Part shown: positions 1-9,856 of the stretch, piece by piece
Numbering within the stretch: the first letter of the stretch is position 1
How the letters are laid out: every line of letters begins with the position of its first letter
Assembly (NCBI GenBank): GCA_038320245.1
Contig: JBBQEA010000002.1
Location: 8,240-72,239 of the forward strand
Length of the DNA: 64,000 nucleotides
Source: Chitinophagales bacterium
Lineage (GTDB): Bacteria; Bacteroidota; Bacteroidia; Chitinophagales; Chitinophagaceae
Direction of reading: 5' to 3'
Notes under the pieces: model-generated
What the model was told of the DNA's origin: nothing
Database searches by the model: none
The model's input: the letters and a program-made list of their open reading frames with translations, nothing else
Translations under genes and position numbers: made by a program

Positions 1-191
1 AAGCCGGCTGCAAATATTGCGAGCGTACTTAGCAACGCAGAAGTTCCCGAATCTTCCGGAAAACACTGTTTTGAAATGATGGTAGCAAGCATGCCGAAAA
101 TATAAAAATCGTACCATTCGATCAGTGTACCCACGGATGAAGCACCGATAATAAAGCCCATGCCTTTTTCTGAATGATCAGGTTTACTCAT
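1..191 (-). CDS. MFS transporter, MHS (metabolite:H+ symporter) family; 5' part only, runs off the window
   Basis: Not in the ORF track. Manual translation from ATG at 191: MSKPDHSEKGMGFIIGASSVGTLIEWYDFYIFGMLATIISKQCFPEDSGTSALLSTLAIFAAG. GTLIEWYDF is the MHS TM1 signature. Confidence 0.9.
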   Translation of the reverse strand, partial: MSKPDHSEKGMGFIIGASSVGTLIEWYDFYIFGMLATIISKQCFPEDSGTSALLSTLAIFAAG

Positions 192-833
192 AAGTATTCT
201 TGTTTTTTGTTTATTTTCTTAAAATATTTAATTGATTGTTTTATGGCAAGTGTATTTTGTTTATTTAAACGGCTTTTCAGCAACTTTACCTTCTGTATAA
301 ATCGCAGCCTATACTGCTGTCGTATACTTCATCTCTCTTCGAAATTTAAATTTAACGGAAATAATTTCTAATCTGGTCGATACACGAAAAACATTTTATA
401 ATTCGCTTTAATTTATTTCAATGTGTGTCATAAGCCTCTACGGAAAAGGGTTTTGCGCCTTCGTTTAATATTTAGCCAATTAGTAATCCGGAAATTCTTA
501 TTTGTCTGGGCCAGAAATGTTTAATTAATTCTATGTTGTTTTTAGCAGTATATGTTTTTACAGTACCGATAGTACCAATGTATTCCAGATAGCACTTTGT
601 ATTAACTGTTTTGAAAGATTTGTAGCAATGTTGCGAACTAAATATGCCGTCTTTCTTTAATAATGACATTTTAATCAAATCTTGGGATTGATATCTTAAC
701 GCACAATCTGTTTCATTTATAAATTATAACGGTGTAATTATATTTTTTTATCAAATCGATCCTTAAACAGCAAAATATATCCATTACCCTTTAAGAATGT
801 TTCCTAATTTTAATATTCAAACAAAAGCTCGCC

Positions 834-2768
834 ATGACCTATCCATTTAAGATCAATTCTTTAGAACAGTATCACGAAGACTATAAAAAAAGTGTAAACC
901 AGCCGGAAGAATTTTGGGGGGATGTGGCTTCCAATTTTTACTGGAGAAAAAAATGGGATAAAGTATTGGACTGGAATTTTACTGAACCAAAAGTTGAATG
1001 GTTTAAAGGTGGCAAACTCAACATCACCGAGAACTGCATTGACCGGCATTTAGAAACCATGGCGGAAAAACCTGCCATTATCTGGGAGCCTAACAACCCT
1101 GAAGAAAGAACAAGGATTGTAACCTACGCCCGTTTACATAAAAGAGTTTGCCAGGTTGCGCAGATGTTAAAAAACAATGGCGTAAAAAAAGGCGACCGGG
1201 TCTGCATCTATATGGGCATGATACCCGAGCTTGCTTACGCCATATTGGGATGTGCCAGAATTGGAGCGATACACAGCGTGGTATTTGGTGGCTTTAGTGC
1301 ACAGAGCATTGCAGACAGACTGTTTGATGCACAGGCAGACTATATTATTACCTGCGACGGCGCTTACCGTGGCGGAAAAGACATTCCGCTAAAAAGTATC
1401 ATTGATGATGCTTTGATTGGTAACCGAACCATTAAAAAAGTAATTGTTTATACCCGTACAAGAACGCCGGTTTCGATGATAAAAGGGAGGGATGTATGGT
1501 GGGAAGATGAAATGGACCATGCTGAATTTCAGGTAGAAAAAGGTGGGGTGGTTTCGTTTCCGGCAGAGGAAATGGATGCAGAAGATCCTTTGTTCATTTT
1601 ATATACCTCTGGCTCCACCGGTAAACCCAAAGGGGTTGTGCATACAATTGGTGGCTATATGGTTTGGACAGGATACACATTTGTAAACGTATTTCAGTAC
1701 AACCAGGGTGATGTTCATTTTTGTACAGCCGACATTGGCTGGATAACCGGACATAGTTATATCGTTTATGGTCCGCTCAGTGTGGGTGGTACATCGGTTA
1801 TGTTTGAAGGCATCCCAACATGGCCTGACGCCGGGCGTTTTTGGGACATAGTAGATAAATACAAAGTAAATATTTTATATACCGCACCTACTGCTATCCG
1901 CAGTTTAATGAGCTTTGGTCTCGATCCCCTCAAGGGTAAAGATCTCTCTTCGTTGAAAGTATTGGGAACAGTTGGTGAGCCCATCAATGAAGAAGCATGG
2001 CACTGGTACGACGAATACATTGGAAAGAAAAAATGCCCGATAGTGGATACCTGGTGGCAGACAGAAACGGGTGGAACGCTGATATCAAACCTGGCAGGTG
2101 TAACGCCGGCAAAACCAAGCTGGGCTTCGCTTCCAATGCCCGGAGTGCAGCCAATACTGGTAGATGAAAATGGCCTTGAGATAACTGAGAAGGATGAACA
2201 CAATATGCTGAAAGGGAATCTCTGTATAAAGGCACCATGGCCTGGAGTTTTAAGAACTACCTGGGGCGATCATGAACGTTGTCGCACCAATTATTTTGCC
2301 ACCTATCCCGGATTTTATTTTACCGGTGATGGTGCTTTAAAAGATGAAGATGGCAACTATCGAATCACAGGAAGGGTGGATGATGTATTGAATATTAGTG
2401 GCCATCGGATTGGTACTGCAGAAGTAGAGAATGCCATCAATATGCATTCCGATGTAGTAGAAAGTGCCGTGGTTGGTTATCCGCATGATATCAAGGGGCA
2501 GGGCATTTATGCTTTTGTAATTTACAACGGCCATCACGGCGATGAAAACCTGCGCCGCCAGGATATCTGTCTGACGGTTTCAAAAATTATAGGCCCCATT
2601 GCCAGGCCAGATAAAATTCAATTTGTAACCGGACTGCCAAAAACAAGAAGCGGTAAAATTATGCGCCGCATTTTAAGAAAGATTGCAGAAGGTGAAACCG
2701 CCATGGGTGATACAAGTACACTGTTGGATCCGGGAGTGGTGGATGAAATCATCGCTAATAAAATTTAA
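834..2768 (+). CDS. acs: Acetyl-CoA synthetase (acetate--CoA ligase)
   Basis: YTSGSTGKPKG AMP-binding motif, DTWWQTETG, PKTRSGKIMRR; 644 aa. Confidence 0.97.
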   Translation: MTYPFKINSLEQYHEDYKKSVNQPEEFWGDVASNFYWRKKWDKVLDWNFTEPKVEWFKGGKLNITENCIDRHLETMAEKPAIIWEPNNPEERTRIVTYARLHKRVCQVAQMLKNNGVKKGDRVCIYMGMIPELAYAILGCARIGAIHSVVFGGFSAQSIADRLFDAQADYIITCDGAYRGGKDIPLKSIIDDALIGNRTIKKVIVYTRTRTPVSMIKGRDVWWEDEMDHAEFQVEKGGVVSFPAEEMDAEDPLFILYTSGSTGKPKGVVHTIGGYMVWTGYTFVNVFQYNQGDVHFCTADIGWITGHSYIVYGPLSVGGTSVMFEGIPTWPDAGRFWDIVDKYKVNILYTAPTAIRSLMSFGLDPLKGKDLSSLKVLGTVGEPINEEAWHWYDEYIGKKKCPIVDTWWQTETGGTLISNLAGVTPAKPSWASLPMPGVQPILVDENGLEITEKDEHNMLKGNLCIKAPWPGVLRTTWGDHERCRTNYFATYPGFYFTGDGALKDEDGNYRITGRVDDVLNISGHRIGTAEVENAINMHSDVVESAVVGYPHDIKGQGIYAFVIYNGHHGDENLRRQDICLTVSKIIGPIARPDKIQFVTGLPKTRSGKIMRRILRKIAEGETAMGDTSTLLDPGVVDEIIANKI

Positions 2769-2787
2769 TAGAATGCGCCTGCCGGCG

Positions 2788-2819
2788 AACTGCCTGTCTT
2801 TTCAATAAGACAGGCAGTT
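2788..2819 (+). terminator. 13-bp perfect hairpin downstream of acs (probable terminator or 3' stabiliser)
   Basis: AACTGCCTGTCTT-ttcaat-AAGACAGGCAGTT, 19 nt after the acs stop; no clear U-tract. Confidence 0.6.
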
Positions 2820-3121
2820 GCATGAAATCTTCTAAGGCACTAGGTATTTATAATATCGGGTTATTTACGCTGGTAATAATGCAATTTTATTAGATAATAT
2901 CAAGACAAAGGGTTCAAAATATTTTATTTCTCTTAAGGAGATAATACAATTTTCCGTTCGGGACGTTAAACAATATTTGTATCCACTATTTTCTGTTATG
3001 CAACCAACAAGCTTTCCCACATTCGTTTACTTTATACATATTTCAATTAATTTCACAAATCGATTGGGTATTATATAAAATTATTCGCATGGAAACTGGT
3101 TTTTGATTTTTTTTTAATTAC

Positions 3122-3147
3122 ATATGAAATAATAAGTTATTTCATAT
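3122..3147. promoter_or_regulatory. Perfect 11-bp inverted repeat upstream of the first island gene
   Basis: ATATGAAATAA-taag-TTATTTCATAT, about 50 bp before ATG 3197. Confidence 0.35.
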
Positions 3148-3196
3148 CGTTTGGGTATTGGAGAGTGATGGGAAGGAAAATTAATTGAACACAAAA

Positions 3197-3940
3197 ATGA
3201 TACGATATAATAAAAAGTTATTTATTTTCAATATAAACGAAACCTGGTTTAACTACGAAAACAGCATTTGGAATATTTTTAAACTGAATGTTTTTATGCA
3301 TGTTAAAAATGCAGATAGTAAAAAGAAAACAGGCAAACTGGATATTTCGCATACTTTGGAGCTTGATCTTGAACAAGATACAGCCGTAATTTTTTCTAAT
3401 TTCTCTAAACAAATACGACAGCAGGTTAAAATTGCCGAAAACGAAGGCACTACTTGTTATTTTAGCCATGAAATAGAAAAGTTTGCTGATTTTTTTAATG
3501 ATTTTGCAATAAAAAAAGAAACATTTACTACCAGCAAAGAAAAAATCCTTGAGCTGGGAGAATCCGTTAAGTTGAGTTTTGCTGAAAATAATGGTCAGGT
3601 ATTAGCTGCCCATAGCTACCTGGTTGACGAAAAAATTGGTATTGTAAGACACCTTCATTCAGCCACAAAAAGACTAGACGAGCAGTTTGACCGAAATTTA
3701 ATTGGCAGAGCCAATAAATATCTTACTACAAAAGATATTTTATATTTTAAAGAACAGGGATATAAAATATTTGATTTTGGCGGATTTGCCAAGGATACAG
3801 AAGACGAAAGTTTAAAAGGAATCAATAACTACAAACTATTGTTTGGAGGCAAGGTTGTTCCATGTTATAATTACTATTCTTATGGTTATTGGTATTTAAA
3901 AAGTTTATCAAGAATTTTAGGGTTATCAGGAAAATTATAA
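3197..3940 (+). CDS. FemAB/GNAT-fold (amino)acyltransferase-like protein
   Basis: LELDL..FSKQIRQQVKIAENEG and FKEQGYKIFDFGG..GINNYKLLFGG resemble the FemABX/BioF2-like GNAT C-terminus. ATG 3197 is preferred over TTG 3185 because it aligns with the paralog at 55944-56693. Confidence 0.65.
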   Translation: MIRYNKKLFIFNINETWFNYENSIWNIFKLNVFMHVKNADSKKKTGKLDISHTLELDLEQDTAVIFSNFSKQIRQQVKIAENEGTTCYFSHEIEKFADFFNDFAIKKETFTTSKEKILELGESVKLSFAENNGQVLAAHSYLVDEKIGIVRHLHSATKRLDEQFDRNLIGRANKYLTTKDILYFKEQGYKIFDFGGFAKDTEDESLKGINNYKLLFGGKVVPCYNYYSYGYWYLKSLSRILGLSGKL

Positions 3941-3989
3941 CCTTATTATTTATTCCGGCAAACCTATTTATAGAAACAATTTTACTTAC

Positions 3990-4916
3990 ATGAATTTTAA
4001 AAAAATATATCATAAGTTTTTTTGCATAATGCAATGGAATATTGGTATTTCCAGGGGAGATATTAAGCAAATTATTAGAGATAAGAAATGTAATTTATCA
4101 TTTAAATGGCTCCCGCTAAATGGTAGCGGTAAATCCATAGCTGATCCATTTTTGTTCAGGTCGAAGGAAGGGCAGCTAAATGTTATTTATGAAGATTTTT
4201 CAATGGTAGATCTTAATAAGTATGGCACACTGGAAATGTTTACTTTAAGCGAAGAATTTAATATAATCGCAGCGCAAAAAATTCTTGATACAAAAAGTCA
4301 TATCTCCTATCCATTTGTTTTTAAAGAAAATGGAACTACCTATATTATCCCGGAAAGCCGTAAAAAAAACAAGGTATCCAGCTATGAATATGATTTTGAT
4401 ACAAATACGGTTAAAAATGAAAAAGTATTAATTGACAATTGTCCTTTATTGGACTCAACTGTTCTTAAATATAATGACAAGTATTGGTTATTTGCAACGT
4501 TAGGAGATAATTTATACGATCACAGTAAGTTATATATTTATTATGCAGACAACCTGCATGGCCCTTATACTGCACATCCCAAAAACCCGGTAAAATTTAG
4601 TTTAAAAAGTTCCAGGCCAGCAGGAAACTTCATAATTGTAGACGGTGAAATTTACAGGCCATCTCAAAATTGCGAAATGCATTACGGGCATTCAATCACT
4701 ATAAATAAAATAATAAAACTTGATGAATTTGAATTTATAGAACAACCGCATTTAGAACTTAGTGCAGAAAAAGGAAGCGGATTTAATGAGGGTTTACATA
4801 CTATAAATATTTTGGATGATATAATAGTAATTGATGGAATAAGGATGGTATTTAAGCCTTTTTTGAAAGGACAATTGTTTTTTAAAAAGAGATTGAAATC
4901 GAAAGATTCAATTTGA
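3990..4916 (+). CDS. GINT1-N-like (glucosamine inositolphosphorylceramide transferase N-terminal) beta-propeller protein
   Basis: IADPFLF, HISYPFVF, YIIPES, HPKNPV, SRPAG, YRPSQNC..YG and GLHT motifs. Confidence 0.7.
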   Translation: MNFKKIYHKFFCIMQWNIGISRGDIKQIIRDKKCNLSFKWLPLNGSGKSIADPFLFRSKEGQLNVIYEDFSMVDLNKYGTLEMFTLSEEFNIIAAQKILDTKSHISYPFVFKENGTTYIIPESRKKNKVSSYEYDFDTNTVKNEKVLIDNCPLLDSTVLKYNDKYWLFATLGDNLYDHSKLYIYYADNLHGPYTAHPKNPVKFSLKSSRPAGNFIIVDGEIYRPSQNCEMHYGHSITINKIIKLDEFEFIEQPHLELSAEKGSGFNEGLHTINILDDIIVIDGIRMVFKPFLKGQLFFKKRLKSKDSI

Positions 4917-5024
4917 GATTTATTATAAAATCAAAAAAGAAATAGGACTCTAATTGTCTTTTTTTGTTAGTTTTTAATTTTTGATGAAAAGTCAATAAAG
5001 AATAAAATTTTAATTTTTCTATTA

Positions 5025-6191
5025 ATGAACTTAGTTTTTATATCAACTGATAGTTATCCTGATATGCACGCAGCTGCTATAAGGCATACCACACTTGCAA
5101 AAGGACTAGTGGAGTTAGGGCATACAGTTGACTTTATATTGCTTTCACCACAAAATTGGAGTGGCAAAAGCGAGCTCAATTATTTTGGTATAAAATTTAA
5201 AACGCTAAACAGTTACACAGGAGAAAACAAAGTATTAGTAAATTATTATAAACTGAAGGCTGTATTTAAAGCCAGAAGAATTTTACAAGAAAAGGCAATA
5301 ATAAAAAAAATTGATTCACTTGTTATTTTTACAATTGAAGTTTGGCCTATTTATTTCTTAGTAAAAAAGGCTCATGCATTGAATCTAAAAGTTTTTCATG
5401 AAAGAACTGAATTGCCATATGTTGTTAGAACATCAACAACTTTAGGAAAAGCAAATCTCAATTTTTATTTAAATAATCTGTTACCTCGTTTTGATGGAAT
5501 ATTTTTAATAAGTGATAAGTTGATGGATTACATCAAGAAATTTAATGTTGCTACGAAAAAACTTTTAACGGTAGTTGACCTTTCATTTTTTAAAACCAAT
5601 AAGCCAAGCCAATTCCCTTTTCCATATATTGGTTATTGTGGCACAATTAGTGGCAATAAGGATGGAGTTCCCATTTTAATTGAAGCATTTGCAAAAATAT
5701 CGCATCAATTTCCCGAAGTAAAATTAGTGTTGGTAGGTAATGATGCAAATAAAGCAGCAATAAAAGACACATTAGATGCTATTACCAAATTTGGATTGGA
5801 AAGTAGAATTGTTTTTTGTGGTTTAATTGAAAGGGAAATGATGCCTGTAATTTTAGGTAATGCCCAAATATTAGTAGTTGCAAAACCAGATAATGAACAA
5901 AACTCTGGAAATTTCCCTATTAAAATTGGAGAGTATCTTGCAACAGGTGTTCCAATTGTGGTTACAAGTGTTGGTGAAATTCCATTATATATCAAAGATG
6001 GAGAAAGCGGTTTTTTAGCTGTTCCCGGCAGTTCTGAATCTTTTGCTGATAAGATGAGGACTGCATTGGAAAATCCGGATAAATCAAAAATAATTGGGCT
6101 AAATGGAAGAGCGATTGCAGAAAAATTATTCGATTATCAATTACAGTCAGCCATAATGGCGAATTATATAAAAGAAATAAATGAAATTTAA
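5025..6191 (+). CDS. Glycosyltransferase family 4
   Basis: GT-B C-terminal motifs KDGVPILIEAF and FPIKIGEYLATGVPIVVTSVGEI. Confidence 0.9.
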   Translation: MNLVFISTDSYPDMHAAAIRHTTLAKGLVELGHTVDFILLSPQNWSGKSELNYFGIKFKTLNSYTGENKVLVNYYKLKAVFKARRILQEKAIIKKIDSLVIFTIEVWPIYFLVKKAHALNLKVFHERTELPYVVRTSTTLGKANLNFYLNNLLPRFDGIFLISDKLMDYIKKFNVATKKLLTVVDLSFFKTNKPSQFPFPYIGYCGTISGNKDGVPILIEAFAKISHQFPEVKLVLVGNDANKAAIKDTLDAITKFGLESRIVFCGLIEREMMPVILGNAQILVVAKPDNEQNSGNFPIKIGEYLATGVPIVVTSVGEIPLYIKDGESGFLAVPGSSESFADKMRTALENPDKSKIIGLNGRAIAEKLFDYQLQSAIMANYIKEINEI

Positions 6192-7330
6192 TGAGTGTTA
6201 AACTGACTATTTCGGGAGACTTTTGTATAACTCCCGCTTACCTTTCAAAAAATTTAATTAATGATGAAACAGGCAAACTGTTTTATGAATCGGATATTAA
6301 TATTGTAAATCTTGAATGCCCGGTAAACCTTGCCGGAGAAGAAAATAAAATAATTAAAGTCGGACCCCATTTACAAACAAAAGAAACTATTTTTAAATAC
6401 CTTAAGCAACTCAATGTTACAGCCGTAACATTAGCAAATAATCATATTCTCGATTACGGTACGCAGGGATTGCAAAACACAATAGATAGCTGCACTAAAA
6501 ATAATATAGCATATACAGGTGTTGGAAACAATTTACAAGAGGCAGCTATACCACTCGTTCTCGAAAAGAACAATCTTCGTATTGCAATAGTAAATTTTTG
6601 TGAAAATGAGTGGTCTATAGCAGGTGATAATACTGCAGGAGCAAACCCTTTAGATATAATTGTTAATGTTGCGCAAATAAAAAAAGCTAAAACATTAGCT
6701 GATTTTGTTATTGTAATAATTCATGGTGGCAGCGAGCTTTATAATTTACCTAGCCCACGTATGACTAAACAATATCGTTTTTTTGCTGAAAATGGCGCCG
6801 ATGCAGTAATTGGACATCATACACACTGCCTTGGTGGCTATGAGATACACAACGGTGTCCCCATTTTTTATGGTTTAGGCAATATGATATTTACCACAGC
6901 AAGCGAACATGCCAGCTGGTTTACCGGTGTTACCGTACAATTAATTTTACAAAAGAATCATCCTGTGCAATGGGAACTTATTCCTACAGGGCAATCTTCT
7001 GAAACATTTGAACTAAGTATTTTAGAGGGGGAAAAAAAGCAACAGACGCTACAGGAAATTGAAGGCTATTCTTTGATAATTGCAGATGTAAATAAATTAA
7101 AAGCCGAATGGGTTTTATTTGTAGAAAAAAGAAAAGAGCAATACTTGATGACTTTTTCAGTTATTAGTATTATACCCTTTAAAATTATTAGGGGAGCTTT
7201 TAGGCGTTTGGGATTAGTGCATAAACTTTTCCCTCAAAAATACCTGTTAGGAATAATGAACTATATTTTTTGTGAAGCTCACCTGGATGTAAGCAAAGAA
7301 GTACTAAACAATAAACTATATAACAAATGA
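6191..7330 (+). CDS. CapA/PgsA-family metallophosphoesterase-fold protein
   Basis: GDF, NLECP, LANNHILDYG, HGGSE, GHHTH and YGLGN motifs. Confidence 0.88.
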   Translation: MSVKLTISGDFCITPAYLSKNLINDETGKLFYESDINIVNLECPVNLAGEENKIIKVGPHLQTKETIFKYLKQLNVTAVTLANNHILDYGTQGLQNTIDSCTKNNIAYTGVGNNLQEAAIPLVLEKNNLRIAIVNFCENEWSIAGDNTAGANPLDIIVNVAQIKKAKTLADFVIVIIHGGSELYNLPSPRMTKQYRFFAENGADAVIGHHTHCLGGYEIHNGVPIFYGLGNMIFTTASEHASWFTGVTVQLILQKNHPVQWELIPTGQSSETFELSILEGEKKQQTLQEIEGYSLIIADVNKLKAEWVLFVEKRKEQYLMTFSVISIIPFKIIRGAFRRLGLVHKLFPQKYLLGIMNYIFCEAHLDVSKEVLNNKLYNK

Positions 7331-8361
7331 AATTAGCAATACACGAGGGAACGAATTTTGGCGCCAGATGGGTTAAATATTGTATTGAAAACTCCATCTC
7401 CTACAAACTGGTATCCTGTTATGATACTGATATTGTGCAGCAGTTAGAAGATTGCGATGGTTTAATGTGGCAATGGACTCAAGAGGATTATAAAGGAATA
7501 CTTTTTGCAAGACAACTAACGCTTTCATTAGAAAAAAAAGGTAAAAAGGTTTTTCCAAATGTAAATACAGCATGGCACCATGATGATAAGGTGGGTCAAA
7601 AATATTTATTAGAATGCATCGATGCCCCCCTGGTAAAGTCGTATGTTTTTTATTCAAAAAAAGAAGCTGAGGCATGGATGGAGAATACTACTTTCCCAAA
7701 AGTTTTTAAATTAAGAGGAGGTGCAGGTTCAACTAATGTAAAATTGGTAAGAACAAAACGCCATGCACAATCATTCATTAATAAAGCTTTTGGTAAAGGA
7801 TTTTTACAAATAAACAGATGGGACAGGTTAAGAGACAGATTTTGGCAACTTAGAAGAGACAGAAGCTTTGCTGCATTAAAATATGTAATCAATGGCATTG
7901 GCAGATTATTTATACCCACAGAATTGGCAAAATTTTCCCAACGGGAAATGGGCTATATATATTTTCAGGAATTTTTGCCTAATAATGACCACGACAGCAG
8001 GCTTGTAGTGATTGGGGACAGATGTTTTGCCGTTCGCCGGTATACAAGAAAAAATGATTTCAGAGCATCGGGAAGCGGTCTTAAAGCTTATGATAAAGAG
8101 TTGTTTGATCATCAATTTATAAAATTAGCATTTGAAACTACTAAGAAATTGGGTGCACAATCTGTTGCATACGATTTTATTTGGGATGGAGATATACCCA
8201 AAATAGTAGAGATCAGTTATTGTTTTGTAACAGGTGCATTTTATGATGATTGCCCTGGTTATTGGGATAGTAATTTGGTTTGGCATGCAAAAAATGTAAA
8301 CCCACAATACTTCATGATCGAAGATTTTTTAAATGAAATAAATAACGGGAATACAAAATAA
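7327..8361 (+). CDS. RimK-like ATP-grasp amide ligase
   Basis: DDKVGQKYLLE, FPKVFKLRGGAGS, YFQEFLP, DFRASGSG, VAYDF, IVEISY; 4-nt overlap with the CapA-like gene. Confidence 0.85.
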   Translation: MKLAIHEGTNFGARWVKYCIENSISYKLVSCYDTDIVQQLEDCDGLMWQWTQEDYKGILFARQLTLSLEKKGKKVFPNVNTAWHHDDKVGQKYLLECIDAPLVKSYVFYSKKEAEAWMENTTFPKVFKLRGGAGSTNVKLVRTKRHAQSFINKAFGKGFLQINRWDRLRDRFWQLRRDRSFAALKYVINGIGRLFIPTELAKFSQREMGYIYFQEFLPNNDHDSRLVVIGDRCFAVRRYTRKNDFRASGSGLKAYDKELFDHQFIKLAFETTKKLGAQSVAYDFIWDGDIPKIVEISYCFVTGAFYDDCPGYWDSNLVWHAKNVNPQYFMIEDFLNEINNGNTK

Positions 8362-8588
8362 ATTATTAATAAGCTTTAGCATTTTTTTTACAAGAAAAGC
8401 ACCAGTTAATTTTTAAAAAATATTTAAATCTAATTGCATTATTTGTTTGAAAATAATACAGTTGTTTTTATTAATCTAAAAAACCAGATACTTAATTGAT
8501 TTAAACTGCTAATATTTCAATATTACAGTGTTAGCTTTAATTCTAAAAGTAGTTATCAGGTTCTTTTAAGTCTTTACAAATATTACAA

Positions 8589-9719
8589 ATGATAAAAATT
8601 TTAATATTAAATGATGAGCTGATGAGGGGCGGCAAGGAGCGGCGAATTGCCGAACTTGTAAAATACTGCAAGCTGCACTACCAAATAATATTTGAGATAG
8701 CGATAATGCATGAAAACATAGAATATGAAGATATTTACGAGACGGGATATAAAATTCACACATTAAAATGGGGACAAAACACAAAAATTGAAAATTTTAA
8801 AAGACTGTTTGCAATAACAAAATCATTTAATCCTGATGTCATCCATTCATGGTCAAGTATGACGGATGTAATTGGGCTTTTTTTAAAAATGTGTACCGGT
8901 AAAAAACTTATATCCAGCATGATTGCAAGGGTTATACCTTATCGCAGTTTAAAGGATAAGGATTACAGAAGGGCATTGTATACATTTCCTTTTATGGATT
9001 TTATTACATCCAACACAAAGGCAGGAATTGAAAGATACCACGCCCCAAAACGGAAAAGCATCTGTATTTATAACGGGTTCAATTTTGAAAGGAGCAAGAA
9101 CTTGCAGAAGGCCGAAATACTAAAGAAACAACATAGCCTGGAAAACAAGTTTGTAGTTGGAATGGTAGCAGCTTTTGCTCAAAGAAAAGATCAGGAAACC
9201 TTTATTTCTGCAGCACTTTCTTTACTAAAAAAGTTTCCGGGTAAAATTGCATTTGTGTTAATAGGGTATGGTGTTTACGAAGAAGATAGAAGGAAACAAA
9301 GCGGAGAACACTTTCAAAAAGATATAATATTTACAGGGGTCTGCAACTTTGTTGAAGAATACGTTAATATTTTTAACGTGGGGGTGCTTTGTACCAATAG
9401 CGAATTTCATGGTGAAGGCATTTCAAATGCTATCCTTGAATATATGGCGTTGGCTAAACCAGTAATTGCATCAGATGGTGGTGGAACCGAGGAAATTGTT
9501 GATGATAAAATAACCGGGTTTCTAATAAAGCCGAAGCAACCTAAACTTTTAGAAGATAAGATAATTTATTTAATGAATAATCCTGAAGAAGCACGGGAAA
9601 TGGGCTTAAGAGGTCAATTAAAAATTCGACAACATTTTTCGATAGAAGCAATGTGCAGTGAATTTATAAAAGTTTACGAAAAGCTGATTGGTAAATCAAT
9701 TCCGCAACTACCTCTTTGA
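8589..9719 (+). CDS. Glycosyltransferase family 4
   Basis: GGKERR, KDQ and EGISNAILEYMALAKPVIASDGGG. Confidence 0.92.
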   Translation: MIKILILNDELMRGGKERRIAELVKYCKLHYQIIFEIAIMHENIEYEDIYETGYKIHTLKWGQNTKIENFKRLFAITKSFNPDVIHSWSSMTDVIGLFLKMCTGKKLISSMIARVIPYRSLKDKDYRRALYTFPFMDFITSNTKAGIERYHAPKRKSICIYNGFNFERSKNLQKAEILKKQHSLENKFVVGMVAAFAQRKDQETFISAALSLLKKFPGKIAFVLIGYGVYEEDRRKQSGEHFQKDIIFTGVCNFVEEYVNIFNVGVLCTNSEFHGEGISNAILEYMALAKPVIASDGGGTEEIVDDKITGFLIKPKQPKLLEDKIIYLMNNPEEAREMGLRGQLKIRQHFSIEAMCSEFIKVYEKLIGKSIPQLPL

Positions 9720-9856
9720 ACAAATTGAGTAAACTTATTTCATCTGAAAATAAAATTAGATCGATTTTATTAAATTTCTGGCAACTGCTTCGATAGTTTC
9801 TTTTTGCTAATGAATGTGTATTTACCATTTTGAATTATCAGTAATTAAAGAATGCA

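Noticed and set aside
174-678. Short ORFs 174-371 (+) and 472-678 (-) between the MFS gene and acs
   Set aside because: No recognisable motifs. The first overlaps the MFS start and both sit in AT-rich divergent promoter DNA.
6191-7330. Poly-gamma-glutamate capsule operon
   Set aside because: CapB/CapC synthetase genes are absent; a CapA-like domain alone does not indicate PGA synthesis.
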